From positions 608,001-672,000 of the forward strand of contig CAVOKF010000005.1 in the NCBI GenBank assembly GCA_963696385.1: a stretch of 64,000 nt of DNA. Direction: 5' to 3'. The DNA comes from an uncultured delta proteobacterium. GTDB lineage: Bacteria; Myxococcota_A; Polyangia; Polyangiales; Polyangiaceae. The notes beneath the pieces were generated by a model, which searched no databases, was not told the origin of the DNA, and saw only the letters and a list, made by a program, of their open reading frames with translations. A program made the position numbers and the translations under genes. Below are positions 9,601 to 18,752 of this stretch, in pieces. Within the stretch, counting starts at the first letter, position 1; each line of letters starts with the position of its first letter.

Positions 9601-9689
9601 ACGAGCTCGTAATCGCCTGAGCCGAGCACCGCTCCGAGCGCGACACGATTCGCCGGCACCTCGTCGACGAGCAGCAAAGGAACCCTCAC
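6678..9689 (-). CDS. Hybrid sensor histidine kinase (REC-GAF-PAS-GAF-HisKA-HATPase-REC)
   Basis: LLDVKMPGMDG; TLRSIGDAVIATD; FLATVSHELRTPL; NLVANAVKFT; GGLGLGL; SDIGMPEMDG. Confidence 0.95.
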   Translation of the reverse strand: MRVPLLLVDEVPANRVALGAVLGSGDYELVNVYSGEHALREVRQRDFAVVLLDVKMPGMDGLDTAMRMKEFARDGRSVPILFVTDADAAPSQVLRAYAEGAVDVIQRPLQPEAIRAKVAVFAELYRTRQQLARSLRTLTDLALALSQTRTPEEVAAAIIDEGMRVAQADTCSLYMFDETGSALDLIGHRGFAPELIERTCRLTEASSPAAFEAIRSGATAWTETAEDYARLHPELATIKAHGEKARACWSVPLVVEGRGIGLLGMGFYTDRRFPPEERALVDTLAKQCAQALLRSVRLEREERGQAWLATTLRSIGDAVIATDPAGRVVFMNGIAEQLTGWPEAEARGRPLEHVFTIFSDETRTPCESPVMRVVRDGKVVGLASQAVLRSRRGIEIPIDDSAAPIRDARGSLFGVVIVFRDVTIEKRERVRRDFLARAGAALASSLDYRAILAGVAQLAVPQLADWCGVDLLEPGAHGPQQVAVAHVDPQKVRWARELGEKYPPDPNAATGAPQVIRSGKPELYPEIPASLLEAGARDEAHLRILRELRLESAMVVPLKGRERTLGAVTFIYADSGRRYTEEDLAFCEEFARRAAMAMENALALKQAEDARKTERLLREQSDVANRMKDEFLATVSHELRTPLNAILGWTMTLRGRKPAEELDRALSIIERNARRQVRLVEDVLDVSRIISGKLSLNLAPTNIAEGVEGAIESVTPAADAKGVHIHADVDASLTLRADADRLQQVVWNLVANAVKFTPKGGNVSVRAYREGSYVCICVTDTGEGIESEALGYIFDPFRQADASTTRRHGGLGLGLAIVKQLVAAHGGTIHASSKGPGQGSKFVVTLPAHGAVPSVRSTHPSTVRNTTRPATIRLDGLSVLVVDDEEDARGIIGQVLQDHGATVTTATSASEALGELATTKTDGIVSDIGMPEMDGYAFIRRVRALPVARGARTPAVALTAYARREDAQRAFAAGFQMHVPKPIEPAQLVTIVANLAGLSLGGS

Positions 9690-9742
9690 GACGGATTCCG
9701 TGAGCGAAGGTTGTCGTCATGCCCGGTCGTCTGGATGTTCAC

Positions 9743-12700
9743 CTACCGCGCCTCCCTTACGGCCCGCTGTACGGTCGTGATCAGCGCCGTCGACTCGACG
9801 GGCTTCGAAAGGTGCTGTTGGTAACCCGCGGCAAGCGCTCGCTCGGCGTCTTCCAGCCGCGCATACGCGGTGAGGGCGATCGCCGGGACGTGTGCCGTGG
9901 ATGCCAGAGCGCGGAGCCTTCGCATGAGTGTGTAGCCGTCCATCTCCGGCATGCCGATGTCACTGATGATCACGTCGAATGGGTCGCGTGCCCGATGGAG
10001 GGCCTCTTGGGCAGAGGGAGCGACGGCGACCGCAGCGCCCGCCCCTTCGAGTACGACGCGGATGAGCTCGAGGGAGTCTTCATCATCTTCCACGACGAGG
10101 GCGCGAACCTTACGAAGAGGAAGGTTCTTTTCATGGTTATCCATCGCGGTACCGGTCGGCTCCTCCCAAGGCTCCGTCTCCGAGCGCGCCTCTGGCTCCG
10201 AGCGCGACTCCGCGTCCGGGGCCGCCTCCCCCGGCTCGACGACGGAGGTATCCACGGCGCGAATGGGCAATGAAACGGTGAAAGTCGTACCTTGCCCGGG
10301 TCCGTCACTCTCTGCGACGACGCTGCCGCCGTGGGCTTCGGACAGGTGGCGAACGATCGCAAGACCGAGGCCGAGGCCGCCGTGTTGGCGTGTGGTGGTA
10401 CTGTCCACCTGACGAAAGCGTTCGAAAATGTGCGGCAAGTGCGCCGCGGGGATGCCGGCTCCCGTGTCTTGCACGACAACGGTCATGTTCGAGCCTTGTC
10501 GCTCTGCGCGCACGGTGACCCGACCTTTCGAGGGCGTGAATCGAACCGCGTTGGTGAGCAAGTTCCACACGACTTGCTGCAAGCGGTCCGGATCGCCCAT
10601 CATGGACCCAAGATCCGGATCGACGTCGACCACCAAGCGGACGCCCTTGGCTTCCGCGGCAGGCCGAACAACGTCGGCCGCGGCGTGCATGACCGTCGAG
10701 AGCTGCATCCGCGTCACACTCAAACGCAGCTTGCCGCTGATGATGCGCGACATATCGAGAAGATCGCTCACAAGCCGCGTTTGAGTCTGCGCGTTGCGCT
10801 CGATGACGTCGAGCCCTCGTTCAAGCTTCGCTCGGTCGCGGTGATCGTGTTTCAGCATGGTCGCCCAGCCAAGCATGGCGTTGAGCGGCGTTCGAAGCTC
10901 ATGACCCATCGTCGCGAGAAATTCATCCTTCGCACGGCTAGCTTGCTCGAGTTCCCGGCGTGCGAGAACCTGATCGGTGACGTCGAACGCGCAGACCATG
11001 ACGCCATCGACGACGCCGCGCCCGTCTACGAGGGCGGCGTATACATAATTGAAGTAGGCGTCCTGCAGCTCGCCTGCGGGCCCGGTAGGCATACGTGCGA
11101 GCTGCGCTCGCCCTTCGAATGTCGCGCCCGTCCGGTAAACTCCGTCCAGTTGCTCCGGAAATGGCTGGTTACGCATCTCCGGCAGGGCGTCGAGCCAAGG
11201 CCGGCCGACGACGTTCGAGTCCTTGCCCCAGGACCTCAGAATCGCGTCGTTCGCGATCTCGATGACGTGATCGGGGCCGCGAAAGATGGCGACGGGGAAA
11301 GGCGCCTGCATGAACGCGCGGTAGAGGTTCGCCCGTTGGGTTACCGCGCCGCGCGAGGCCTTGGCCGCGGCAAGTTTCGCCGCGATCCGCGCGAAGAGCT
11401 CCCGAGCTGTGAAGGGCTTCACGAGGTAGTCGTCGGCACCGGCGCTCAGCCCCTCGGCGGTGGCTTCTTCTCCCGCACGTGCCGATAAAAGAAGGACCGG
11501 GATCCCGCGCAACGAGGGGTCGCTGCGAAGAGCCCGGAGAAGCGCGAAGCCGTCGAGCCCCGGCATCATGACGTCAGTCAGCACGAGATCGGGCGGGTTA
11601 CGCCGGATGCTCTCGAGCGCGGCTTGGCCGTCGCTCGCTGCCTCGACGTTCCAGCGTTCGCGTAGCAGGCGCGTGAGGTAGTCGCGCATGTCGGCGTTGT
11701 CGTCCGCGACGACAATGCGCTCCCGAAGTTCATTTCCGGTACGGTCGGCAACGAACGGGGGCGTGAAATGCTTGTCGTCCGTAGAAACCCAGCGCAATGC
11801 CTCTTGGACGTAGGCCCCGGCTCCGACGGTGGAGCCTTGGAGCGACCGGGCGGCTCGCAGGCGATCTTTGGGCAAATGGGCCGTTCCGTACGGGATGCGA
11901 AGGGTGAATGACGTCCCTTCTCCCGGACGGCTCTTCACTCGAAGTTCGCCGGAATGGAAGAGCACGAGCTCCTGGACGAGCGCTAGACCAATGCCCGACC
12001 CTTCGTGGCTGCGCGAGCGCACGCCCTCGACGCGATGGAAGCGATCGAAGAGGCGTGGCAAATCCCTCTCGGCGATCCCAATACCGCTGTCGGCTACCTC
12101 GAGCTCCGCGCCGCCGTCCACCTCCCGCAGTCGCACCGCAATCGTCCCTTCGAACGTAAATTTGAACGCGTTGGAGAGGAGGTTGAGGACGATTTTCTCC
12201 CACATGTCGTGATCGACATAAATCGCCTCAGAGAGTGGCGGACAGTCGACGACGAGCGTTAGGCCCGCGCGCTCCACGGCGGATCGGAAGCTGCTGGCCA
12301 GGTCCGCCGTCAGGGCGGCAAGATCCGTCGGCTCGTAGGCAGCTTCGGCCCGTCCGGCTTCGATCCGCGAAAAGTCGAGCAATGTGTTGACGAGTTTGAG
12401 GAGGCGTAGCGCGTTGCGATGCAGCAGATCGATGCGCTCGGCTTCGGCGGGATCGCGCGGACCGAGCGCTCGCATGTCTTCGATCGGTCCGAGCATCAGC
12501 GTGAGCGGCGTGCGAAACTCGTGGCTCACGTTGCTGAAGAACATCGTCTTGGCGCGATCGATCTCTGCGAGAGCTTGCACGCGGGCCCGCTCCTCTTCGC
12601 GGGCCGCGGCGTGGCTTGCCGCTTGCGAGATGCTCGCGGAAAGAAGGGTATGGAAGCGGGCATAAGGTCCGCCTCGTCGCAACATCGCGCTCATGCCCAC

Positions 12701-13567
12701 CACGAGAAACCCGAAGAGCTGCCCTCCGCCCGACCGCTCTATCGGAAGCACCGTTGCGCAGCGCGCTCCTGCGATTGGTTCATCGAGCTCGACCACCGAG
12801 GTCGTCTTCTGGCCGAAGGGCCAAGGCGACGGATGGGCGTTCGCGATGACGAGCGGGGATCGCGGCGTGCCCTCCTCGACGTTCGCGGCGGCTGTAAGGC
12901 GAAGATCGAGCGAACCGTCGTCGCGCAGATAAAACAGTGCGAAAGGTACATCGCTCGGGAAGCGAGTGATGTGCTCGGCGGCTTGCTTACAAGCCTCGGC
13001 GGGGGTCGACGACTGAGTCGCCCCGGCGAGCGCGTTGAGCAGGCGCAACCGACGCTCTTCGATCACGCGCTCGGTCGTCTCGACCACAGCGCAGAACACG
13101 CCGCCTACGGTGCCTGACTCGATGCGTATCGGGCTGTACGTAAACGTGAAGTACGACTCCTCGGGCCGTCCGCCTTCGAGCCGCGCGAGCGGAAGCATGA
13201 GATCCTCGGACCACGTCGCCTTGCCCGTTTCCATCACCCCGCGCAGCATCGGCGTGATGACCTCTCCGATCTCGGACCAGACTTCGAGACCGGGCCGCCC
13301 GATCGCGCGAGGATGCTTGCCGCTTAAGATCGGCAGATACGCGTCGTTGTAGATCAATGCGAGCTCGGGTCCCCAGAAAAGCACGATAGGAAATCGCGAA
13401 CTGAGGCAGATGCTGGCCGAGGTGCGCAGACTCTGCGGCCATCCGGCGATGGGTCCGAGTGGGGTCTTGGACCAGTCGACGGAGCGCATCAGCGCTCCCA
13501 CCTCACCGCCGTCGTCCAAGAACGACTCGGCCGCTTGAAAAGGCACCTCGAGCCGCGTCGTGGTCAT
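9743..13567 (-). CDS. Double hybrid histidine kinase (PAS/GAF-HisKA-HATPase-REC-PAS-HisKA-HATPase-REC)
   Basis: DWSKTPLGPIAGWPQSL N-terminus; two H-boxes (SHEFRTPL, GHELRTPL); two receiver domains. Confidence 0.95.
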   Translation of the reverse strand: MTTTRLEVPFQAAESFLDDGGEVGALMRSVDWSKTPLGPIAGWPQSLRTSASICLSSRFPIVLFWGPELALIYNDAYLPILSGKHPRAIGRPGLEVWSEIGEVITPMLRGVMETGKATWSEDLMLPLARLEGGRPEESYFTFTYSPIRIESGTVGGVFCAVVETTERVIEERRLRLLNALAGATQSSTPAEACKQAAEHITRFPSDVPFALFYLRDDGSLDLRLTAAANVEEGTPRSPLVIANAHPSPWPFGQKTTSVVELDEPIAGARCATVLPIERSGGGQLFGFLVVGMSAMLRRGGPYARFHTLLSASISQAASHAAAREEERARVQALAEIDRAKTMFFSNVSHEFRTPLTLMLGPIEDMRALGPRDPAEAERIDLLHRNALRLLKLVNTLLDFSRIEAGRAEAAYEPTDLAALTADLASSFRSAVERAGLTLVVDCPPLSEAIYVDHDMWEKIVLNLLSNAFKFTFEGTIAVRLREVDGGAELEVADSGIGIAERDLPRLFDRFHRVEGVRSRSHEGSGIGLALVQELVLFHSGELRVKSRPGEGTSFTLRIPYGTAHLPKDRLRAARSLQGSTVGAGAYVQEALRWVSTDDKHFTPPFVADRTGNELRERIVVADDNADMRDYLTRLLRERWNVEAASDGQAALESIRRNPPDLVLTDVMMPGLDGFALLRALRSDPSLRGIPVLLLSARAGEEATAEGLSAGADDYLVKPFTARELFARIAAKLAAAKASRGAVTQRANLYRAFMQAPFPVAIFRGPDHVIEIANDAILRSWGKDSNVVGRPWLDALPEMRNQPFPEQLDGVYRTGATFEGRAQLARMPTGPAGELQDAYFNYVYAALVDGRGVVDGVMVCAFDVTDQVLARRELEQASRAKDEFLATMGHELRTPLNAMLGWATMLKHDHRDRAKLERGLDVIERNAQTQTRLVSDLLDMSRIISGKLRLSVTRMQLSTVMHAAADVVRPAAEAKGVRLVVDVDPDLGSMMGDPDRLQQVVWNLLTNAVRFTPSKGRVTVRAERQGSNMTVVVQDTGAGIPAAHLPHIFERFRQVDSTTTRQHGGLGLGLAIVRHLSEAHGGSVVAESDGPGQGTTFTVSLPIRAVDTSVVEPGEAAPDAESRSEPEARSETEPWEEPTGTAMDNHEKNLPLRKVRALVVEDDEDSLELIRVVLEGAGAAVAVAPSAQEALHRARDPFDVIISDIGMPEMDGYTLMRRLRALASTAHVPAIALTAYARLEDAERALAAGYQQHLSKPVESTALITTVQRAVREAR

Positions 13568-13867
13568 GACTTTCCGTACCGACCGGCCGGAGAGCGAGAC
13601 CGCGCGCCCATCGGGCCCCTGACGCGCATCCCCCTCGCGGCGTCAACGTTGAGGGAATGTGCAGATGTGAGATTCACAAGCGTTACGGAACCACGATTCA
13701 CGACGCTTGACCATCGGCTCGACACGCGAAAACCTGTTTCAGTGCTTGAGTTCGTTTGCGAGGCGAACGCGCAGCCCGGACGTAGCCGTCCCCACGATGC
13801 CGATATCCGCAAATGCGCCACGCTTGGGGCGTGCGTGCGCTAGGCAAACACAGACGCCACACCCAGC

Positions 13868-14076
13868 GTGGCGGTGCTGCATTCGACATGGGCGTTTATT
13901 GCATCAACGCCGCGCGCAATCTGTTCCGGGAAGAGCCCACGCAAGTCCTCGCGGTCCAGGTGCGAGACTCGGGCGATCGCTCCCAGGGAGTGGACGAAGC
14001 CACGACGGCGATTCTCCGGTTTTCCGGCGGACGGGTTGCGAGCGCGAGTATCGACCGAGCCTGCGGCTCGAGATGA
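13868..14076 (+). pseudogene. Internal fragment of a Gfo/Idh/MocA (glucose-fructose oxidoreductase-like) gene
   Basis: GGAAFDMGVYCINAARNLFREEP...VDEATTAILRFSGGRVA with no Rossmann domain and no C-terminus. Confidence 0.7.
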
Positions 14077-14401
14077 ACTGGCCTGCTATCGGCAATGTGC
14101 GACCGGTCGACGCGCCCTCACCCAGCAAGTAAGCGGGGGCCTTTGGAACGAATGAACGCGTCTCGCCACCGCCGGCCATGAAGCCGGCGGCGACGGCCGT
14201 CCTCACTCGATCGGAGTAACGTCGCGGTCAATCATGCGAGTTCCCTAGCCGCCGAAAAAAATCGTTGGCCGGTCATCGAGGCTAATTGCGGGATGCTCGG
14301 GGGTGACTGCTTTGGGTCGGCCGCGTGACCGTCGAACGCGGGTCTCGGCGTCTTACGCCGAGGCATTGCGCCGCAAATCCGAGGCCGGGTGTCGACTGGC
14401 G

Positions 14402-15304
14402 TTAAGCGACTCGACTCGAGTCGCGCGCGTTGCCAAGGGCTGCAAGAGCCGACTCGCAGTCGCGTACCCAGGGCTGGCTTACGGGCCGGCAAGGTTGCGC
14501 GCCGACTTCGTCGGTCCAGACCCGGAAACTCGTGAGCAGGCTCGATCCGAACGAGGTGCTTATCGCGACATCGGCGGCATCGCGCCCTCTCGCGATGAGG
14601 ACGCGCCCGATGCGAGGCGTGTTGTGGCGAGCATCGAATGTGTACCATGTGCCGCCCAGGTACGCCTCGAACCACCCCGAAAAGTCCATGGGCGCGTCCG
14701 ATGCTGGCACGCCGATGTCACCGAGGTACCCCGTACAGTAACGCGCCGGAATATTCATCGACCGGCAGAGTGCAATCGCAAGGTGAGCAAAGTCGCGGCA
14801 TACACCGGCCCCTTCGTGATAGACCTCCCACGCCGTCTTTGTCGGCCGAGCGAAGCCGTATCCAAACTGGATATGGTTGTGTACAAAATCGCAGATCGCT
14901 TGGACGCGTCCCCACCCCGGGGGCGTGTTGGCGAAGAGCTGCCAGGCGATGGGCATCAGCAAATCGGCCTCGCAGTACCGGCTCGCAAGCAAAAACCGGA
15001 GGACGTCGTCGGGAAGGTCCTCCACCGGGGTCTGAGGTGCCCCGAGAGCGACGGGATCGTGCGCGCCGCTGTCGTTCACCAGGGCATCGGTGAAGACGCG
15101 CAGCGCTCCCGCCGGCGCGAGAACGCGAGTGCACCAATTGCCGAACGAATCGCGATATCCCGCGAGGGCACACGACGGCTCAGTCCCCACCGGGTCGGGC
15201 ACGACAATGTCCGAATGCCGCGAAGAATGAATGCTCAGAAGGAGAATCATCGGTGTCGGTTGCGGGCAGCGGTACGTCAATTCATAACCGACGCGAATCT
15301 GCAT
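14402..15304 (-). CDS. Transglutaminase-like family protein
   Basis: FLLASRYCE, GVCRDFAHLAIALCR, PARYCTGYLGD, WFEAYLGG, FDARHN; GGGAG RBS. Confidence 0.93.
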   Translation of the reverse strand: MQIRVGYELTYRCPQPTPMILLLSIHSSRHSDIVVPDPVGTEPSCALAGYRDSFGNWCTRVLAPAGALRVFTDALVNDSGAHDPVALGAPQTPVEDLPDDVLRFLLASRYCEADLLMPIAWQLFANTPPGWGRVQAICDFVHNHIQFGYGFARPTKTAWEVYHEGAGVCRDFAHLAIALCRSMNIPARYCTGYLGDIGVPASDAPMDFSGWFEAYLGGTWYTFDARHNTPRIGRVLIARGRDAADVAISTSFGSSLLTSFRVWTDEVGAQPCRPVSQPWVRDCESALAALGNARDSSRVA

Positions 15305-15455
15305 GACTCCCTCTGTGTCTCCGCGGCCTCACTGGGGCCATTCGGTTCAAAACGTTTAGAGAGCGAATACCCGCGCCACATTGGTGGTGCCGTGAGCTTC
15401 TTCTCGTAGCTCGACGTGCAATCACCGATCCAATGGGCGAATACGAAGAGTCACG

Positions 15456-15734
15456 ATGAGTAGGGCCGTTCTGTCGGCCTCGCTTGCAGCTTGCAATCAG
15501 CAGCCCGGACAGACTGAGACGAAAAAGGAAATCCAAGCCAACGAACAAGCCAGCAGCGCCGGAATGGAAGCGGAGCAGCGTTTCCGGAACGCACGGGCCG
15601 CGGCGGATGACCATATTGCCTCGTCCCGCATGGACTTCGTGAAAGCGGGACCTCAAAAGCTCGAACGGATATTCGAGCGCATCTTTGCCGAACGCTGCCG
15701 CACGTTCGCCCTGCGTGTTACCCCGTCGTGGTGA
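15456..15734 (+). pseudogene. Possible truncated coiled-coil lipoprotein
   Basis: SLAAC lipobox followed by a short helical segment that degrades into non-protein-like sequence. Confidence 0.3.
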
Positions 15735-15737
15735 GGC

Positions 15738-16070
15738 TCAACGCGCGACGAGGCCCGTCGCACCGACAGGCAGGGCGCTTTCGACGGGAGGCGCGAAATC
15801 CGTCGCGCCGACGCGCGTGAGCGTTCCGGTAGGCTGAATTTGAAAAATTCCGATCGACGCTACCCCCGGGTTGAGGACGTACAGGAACTGTCCATCGGAG
15901 GAAATGGTTTCGTCATTCGGGCCATTGACGACGGTACCCGCCTCCGTCGTGCTGGTCTGTCCCGTCGTGGCGATGACGGCATTGGTCGCGGTGCCGATGT
16001 CGGTGAGATCTCCGGTGGTGGAGCTCACGGTGACCCCGCTGATGTCGGAGCCTTTCGCGTTGGCGACATC
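15738..16070 (-). pseudogene. C-terminal fragment of a lactonase-like beta-propeller protein
   Basis: VANAKGSDISG...ISSDGQFLYVLNPGVASIGIF...LPVGATGLVAR; only the last blades are present. Confidence 0.6.
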
Positions 16071-16304
16071 CCCGCCGTCCGACCACATCTGCCACAATCG
16101 TGCCATACCGCCGGAAATGGGGTCGCCGTTGCGAAGGACGATTCCCCCCCCAAGCGAGATGACCGCACACGCTTCTTGCTACGGCGGGGTCTTCTCACGG
16201 AGGCAGTCATGACAGGCGAACTGAACGGACAGAAAATTGTGCCCGAGTGAATCGAACTCATGCCGGACCGATGAGATCGGTCTCGCGCCGATCGGGAGGA
16301 CGCG

Positions 16305-17528
16305 TTGAAGATCGTTTCGGCGGGGCATGCGGCTGGAATGGCGCTTGGCCGGACGCGACGGGAAACGGCAGAGGGCGCCGTTCTCGCCAGATTCATCGGG
16401 ACCTGCTCGCCCGTGCCCGCGTTTTTCTCATTGGCCGTCGCGATCACTTCGGCGTGCTCGCCCGCATCCGCGATGCCCCCGGGATTGGGTGACGGGGGAC
16501 GCGCCTCGCGCGCCGCGGCAGGCCCTATGGCGCTTGCCCGTCCCATCGGGCGCTTCGACACGCGCGATCCCGCGGGACCACGTTTTGGCTGGCCTGCAAC
16601 CGCCATTGAGGCAGCCTTCACGGGGGTGGGAATCAACGTGCGCCTTCGCGACGAAGGGGCCAACGTTTTCGCGGTGGTCATCGACGGGGCCACTCCGGCT
16701 TTGCTGGCCACGAATCGGACGACGGAGCGTTACGTCTTGGCCCGGGGCCTCGGTCCGGGCCGCCACACCGTCTTGCTCACCAAGCGCACCGAATCGAACG
16801 TCGGAGTGGTGCAGTTTCTCGGCTTCGTCCCGCACGAAGGAGTCCTGCTCAAAACGCCGGAGCCCGCCAGGACGCGCCGGATCGAGTTCGTCGGCGACTC
16901 GGTCACGTGCGGATACGGTGATCTCGCAACGGATCCGAAGGAGCACTTCAGCCCGGCAACGGAAGACGAAACAAGCGCCTACGGGGCATTGACCGCTGCG
17001 GTATTCGGCGCGCAGCGCTCTGTCATCGCGTACTCGGGCATCGGTGTGTACCGAGACCACGACGGCTCGACGCGGGACCAAATGCCCGTACGGTTCAGGC
17101 GAATCTTGGCGGACGACCCGACCAGCGTGTGGGGCTTCCGCGGCCCCGCTCCGGACGCGGTCGTCGTCCATCTCGGCGCGAACGATTTTGCAAAAGGAGA
17201 TCCGGGTGCGGTGTTCGAGCAAGCCTACGGTGGCCTGTTAAGCATGCTGCGCACGGTTTACCCGGACGCTGCCATTCTCTGCGCCGTCAGCCCCATGCTG
17301 ACGGATGCCTACCCGCTGGGAGCGAAGAATCGAACGAAGGCGGCAGGATACATACGAGCCGCAGTGAACGAGCGCAGGCTCGCGGGCGATAGGCATGTTT
17401 TCTATTTTGAATTCGACGAGATCGTCAAGGCCGACGGGTTCGGGGCCGACTATCACCCGAGCCTTTCCAGCCACCGTCGCATGGCGGCGGAGCTCGCGGC
17501 CGTGCTCCGGTCGACCTTGGGATGGTAG
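16305..17528 (+). CDS. SGNH/GDSL hydrolase, carbohydrate esterase family 2-like
   Basis: HTVLLTKRTE, RIEFVGDSVTCGYG, AYSGIG, LGANDF, DYHPS; start uncertain. Confidence 0.88.
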   Translation: MKIVSAGHAAGMALGRTRRETAEGAVLARFIGTCSPVPAFFSLAVAITSACSPASAMPPGLGDGGRASRAAAGPMALARPIGRFDTRDPAGPRFGWPATAIEAAFTGVGINVRLRDEGANVFAVVIDGATPALLATNRTTERYVLARGLGPGRHTVLLTKRTESNVGVVQFLGFVPHEGVLLKTPEPARTRRIEFVGDSVTCGYGDLATDPKEHFSPATEDETSAYGALTAAVFGAQRSVIAYSGIGVYRDHDGSTRDQMPVRFRRILADDPTSVWGFRGPAPDAVVVHLGANDFAKGDPGAVFEQAYGGLLSMLRTVYPDAAILCAVSPMLTDAYPLGAKNRTKAAGYIRAAVNERRLAGDRHVFYFEFDEIVKADGFGADYHPSLSSHRRMAAELAAVLRSTLGW

Positions 17529-17631
17529 AGGCGCCTGCGAGCACGCGCGCCCTACCTGCCTCGAAGTTCGTGGCCCGCGAGGTAGCGCCAGATTGCCGCC
17601 AACGCCGTCGTGTCCGCGAACACCTCCCCAC

Positions 17632-18423
17632 ATGGGGGTATCATGTTGCCCAATCACACCGCGCTAAAGGTCGCAGAAACCTTCCGTGTCCTGCATGCCC
17701 TCTTCCCCGGTCGCATCGATCTGGGCCTCGGCCGTGCTCCGGGTACCGATCCGCGCACCGCAGCGGCCCTCCGCCGGTCACGAGAGGCGCTCGCCGTCGA
17801 CGACTTTCCCGAGCAATTCGATGAGCTCGCGCGCTACCTGGACGACGACGCTCCGCCCCGTTCCGGTCCGACGGGAACGATTCGCGCCATCCCGACCAAC
17901 GTCCCCTCGCCGGAGCTCTGGATGCTCGGGTCGAGCGAGGCCGGCGGCGCTCTTCTCGCCGCGCAACGCGGACTGGGCTTCGCCTTCGCCCACCACATCA
18001 ACCCGGAGGACTCGGTTCGCGTCCTGCGGGGGTACCGCGAGGCGTTCGTCCCTTCCGCGCGCTGGCCGAAGCCCTGGGCCATCCTCGCGCTGGCTGTCGT
18101 CTGTGCCGAGACCGACGAGGTTGCCGAACGACTCGCCTCGTCGAGCGAGCTCGCCATGGTGCGCTTCCGACAGGGCGTTCGCGACCCCCCCCTTACCGAG
18201 TGTCGAAGAGGCGATCGCGCATCGCTACGGCCCGGCGGAGCAAGCGTTGCGACGCGGAGGCAGCGCGCATTTACTCGTTGGCGGCCCCGCGCGGGTGCGC
18301 GCACGGATCGCTGAGCTCGTGGAAGCGTCGCATGCGAACGAGGTGATGGCGCTCACCCACATGCACAAACACGCCGACAGGAGGCGATCGTACGAGCTGC
18401 TGGTGGACGCACTGCGATCTTGA
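17632..18423 (+). pseudogene. LLM-class flavin-dependent oxidoreductase (YhbW-like), N-terminally truncated and frameshifted
   Basis: [37 protein letters not shown] in one frame; PLPSVEEA...RRRSYELL in the +1 frame after a C8 run at 18185-18192. Confidence 0.85.
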
Positions 18424-18461
18424 AGGTCAACATGGGCCTCCCCGACGACAGACGGCCTCGA

Positions 18462-18477
18462 TGGAACGATCTTTGCC
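18462..18477 (+). promoter_or_regulatory. Putative sigma-54 promoter
   Basis: TGGAACGATCTTTGCC directly upstream of the DUF3309 gene. Confidence 0.6.
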
Positions 18478-18489
18478 AGTTCCCCTACC

Positions 18490-18648
18490 ATGCTGTTCAC
18501 AATCCTACTCATTGTCCTTGTCCTCGCACTGGTTGGCACGGTCCCGGCGTGGCCATACAGCCGCGGCTGGGGGTATTATCCCAGTGGAGGCCTCGGTCTC
18601 GTATTGCTGGTTGTGCTCGTCCTGTTGCTGTCCGGCCATCGCCTGTGA
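18490..18648 (+). CDS. DUF3309 family small membrane protein (52 aa, below ORF-track cutoff)
   Basis: Manual translation MLFTILLIVLVLALVGTVPAWPYSRGWGYYPSGGLGLVLLVVLVLLLSGHRL. Confidence 0.9.
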   Translation: MLFTILLIVLVLALVGTVPAWPYSRGWGYYPSGGLGLVLLVVLVLLLSGHRL

Positions 18649-18752
18649 CGGTCGCGGTATCGCCTCCCGCAAGCGGTGCAAAGCCCGCGCGGCTGGGTAC
18701 CTTAGGCCACTTGACTCGAGTTGCGCGTGCCGGCGCTTCGTAGGCGAGCTCG

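Noticed and set aside
8067..9620. 517-aa + strand ORF, and similar ORFs at 29477-30940, 34655-35983 and 61298-63391
   Set aside because: Antisense to well-supported genes, with no recognisable motifs
13666..13678. TGTGA-GAT-TCACA palindrome upstream of the double kinase as a CRP/FNR site
   Set aside because: Spacer is 3 nt rather than 6 and it occurs once; may bind another factor but unsupported
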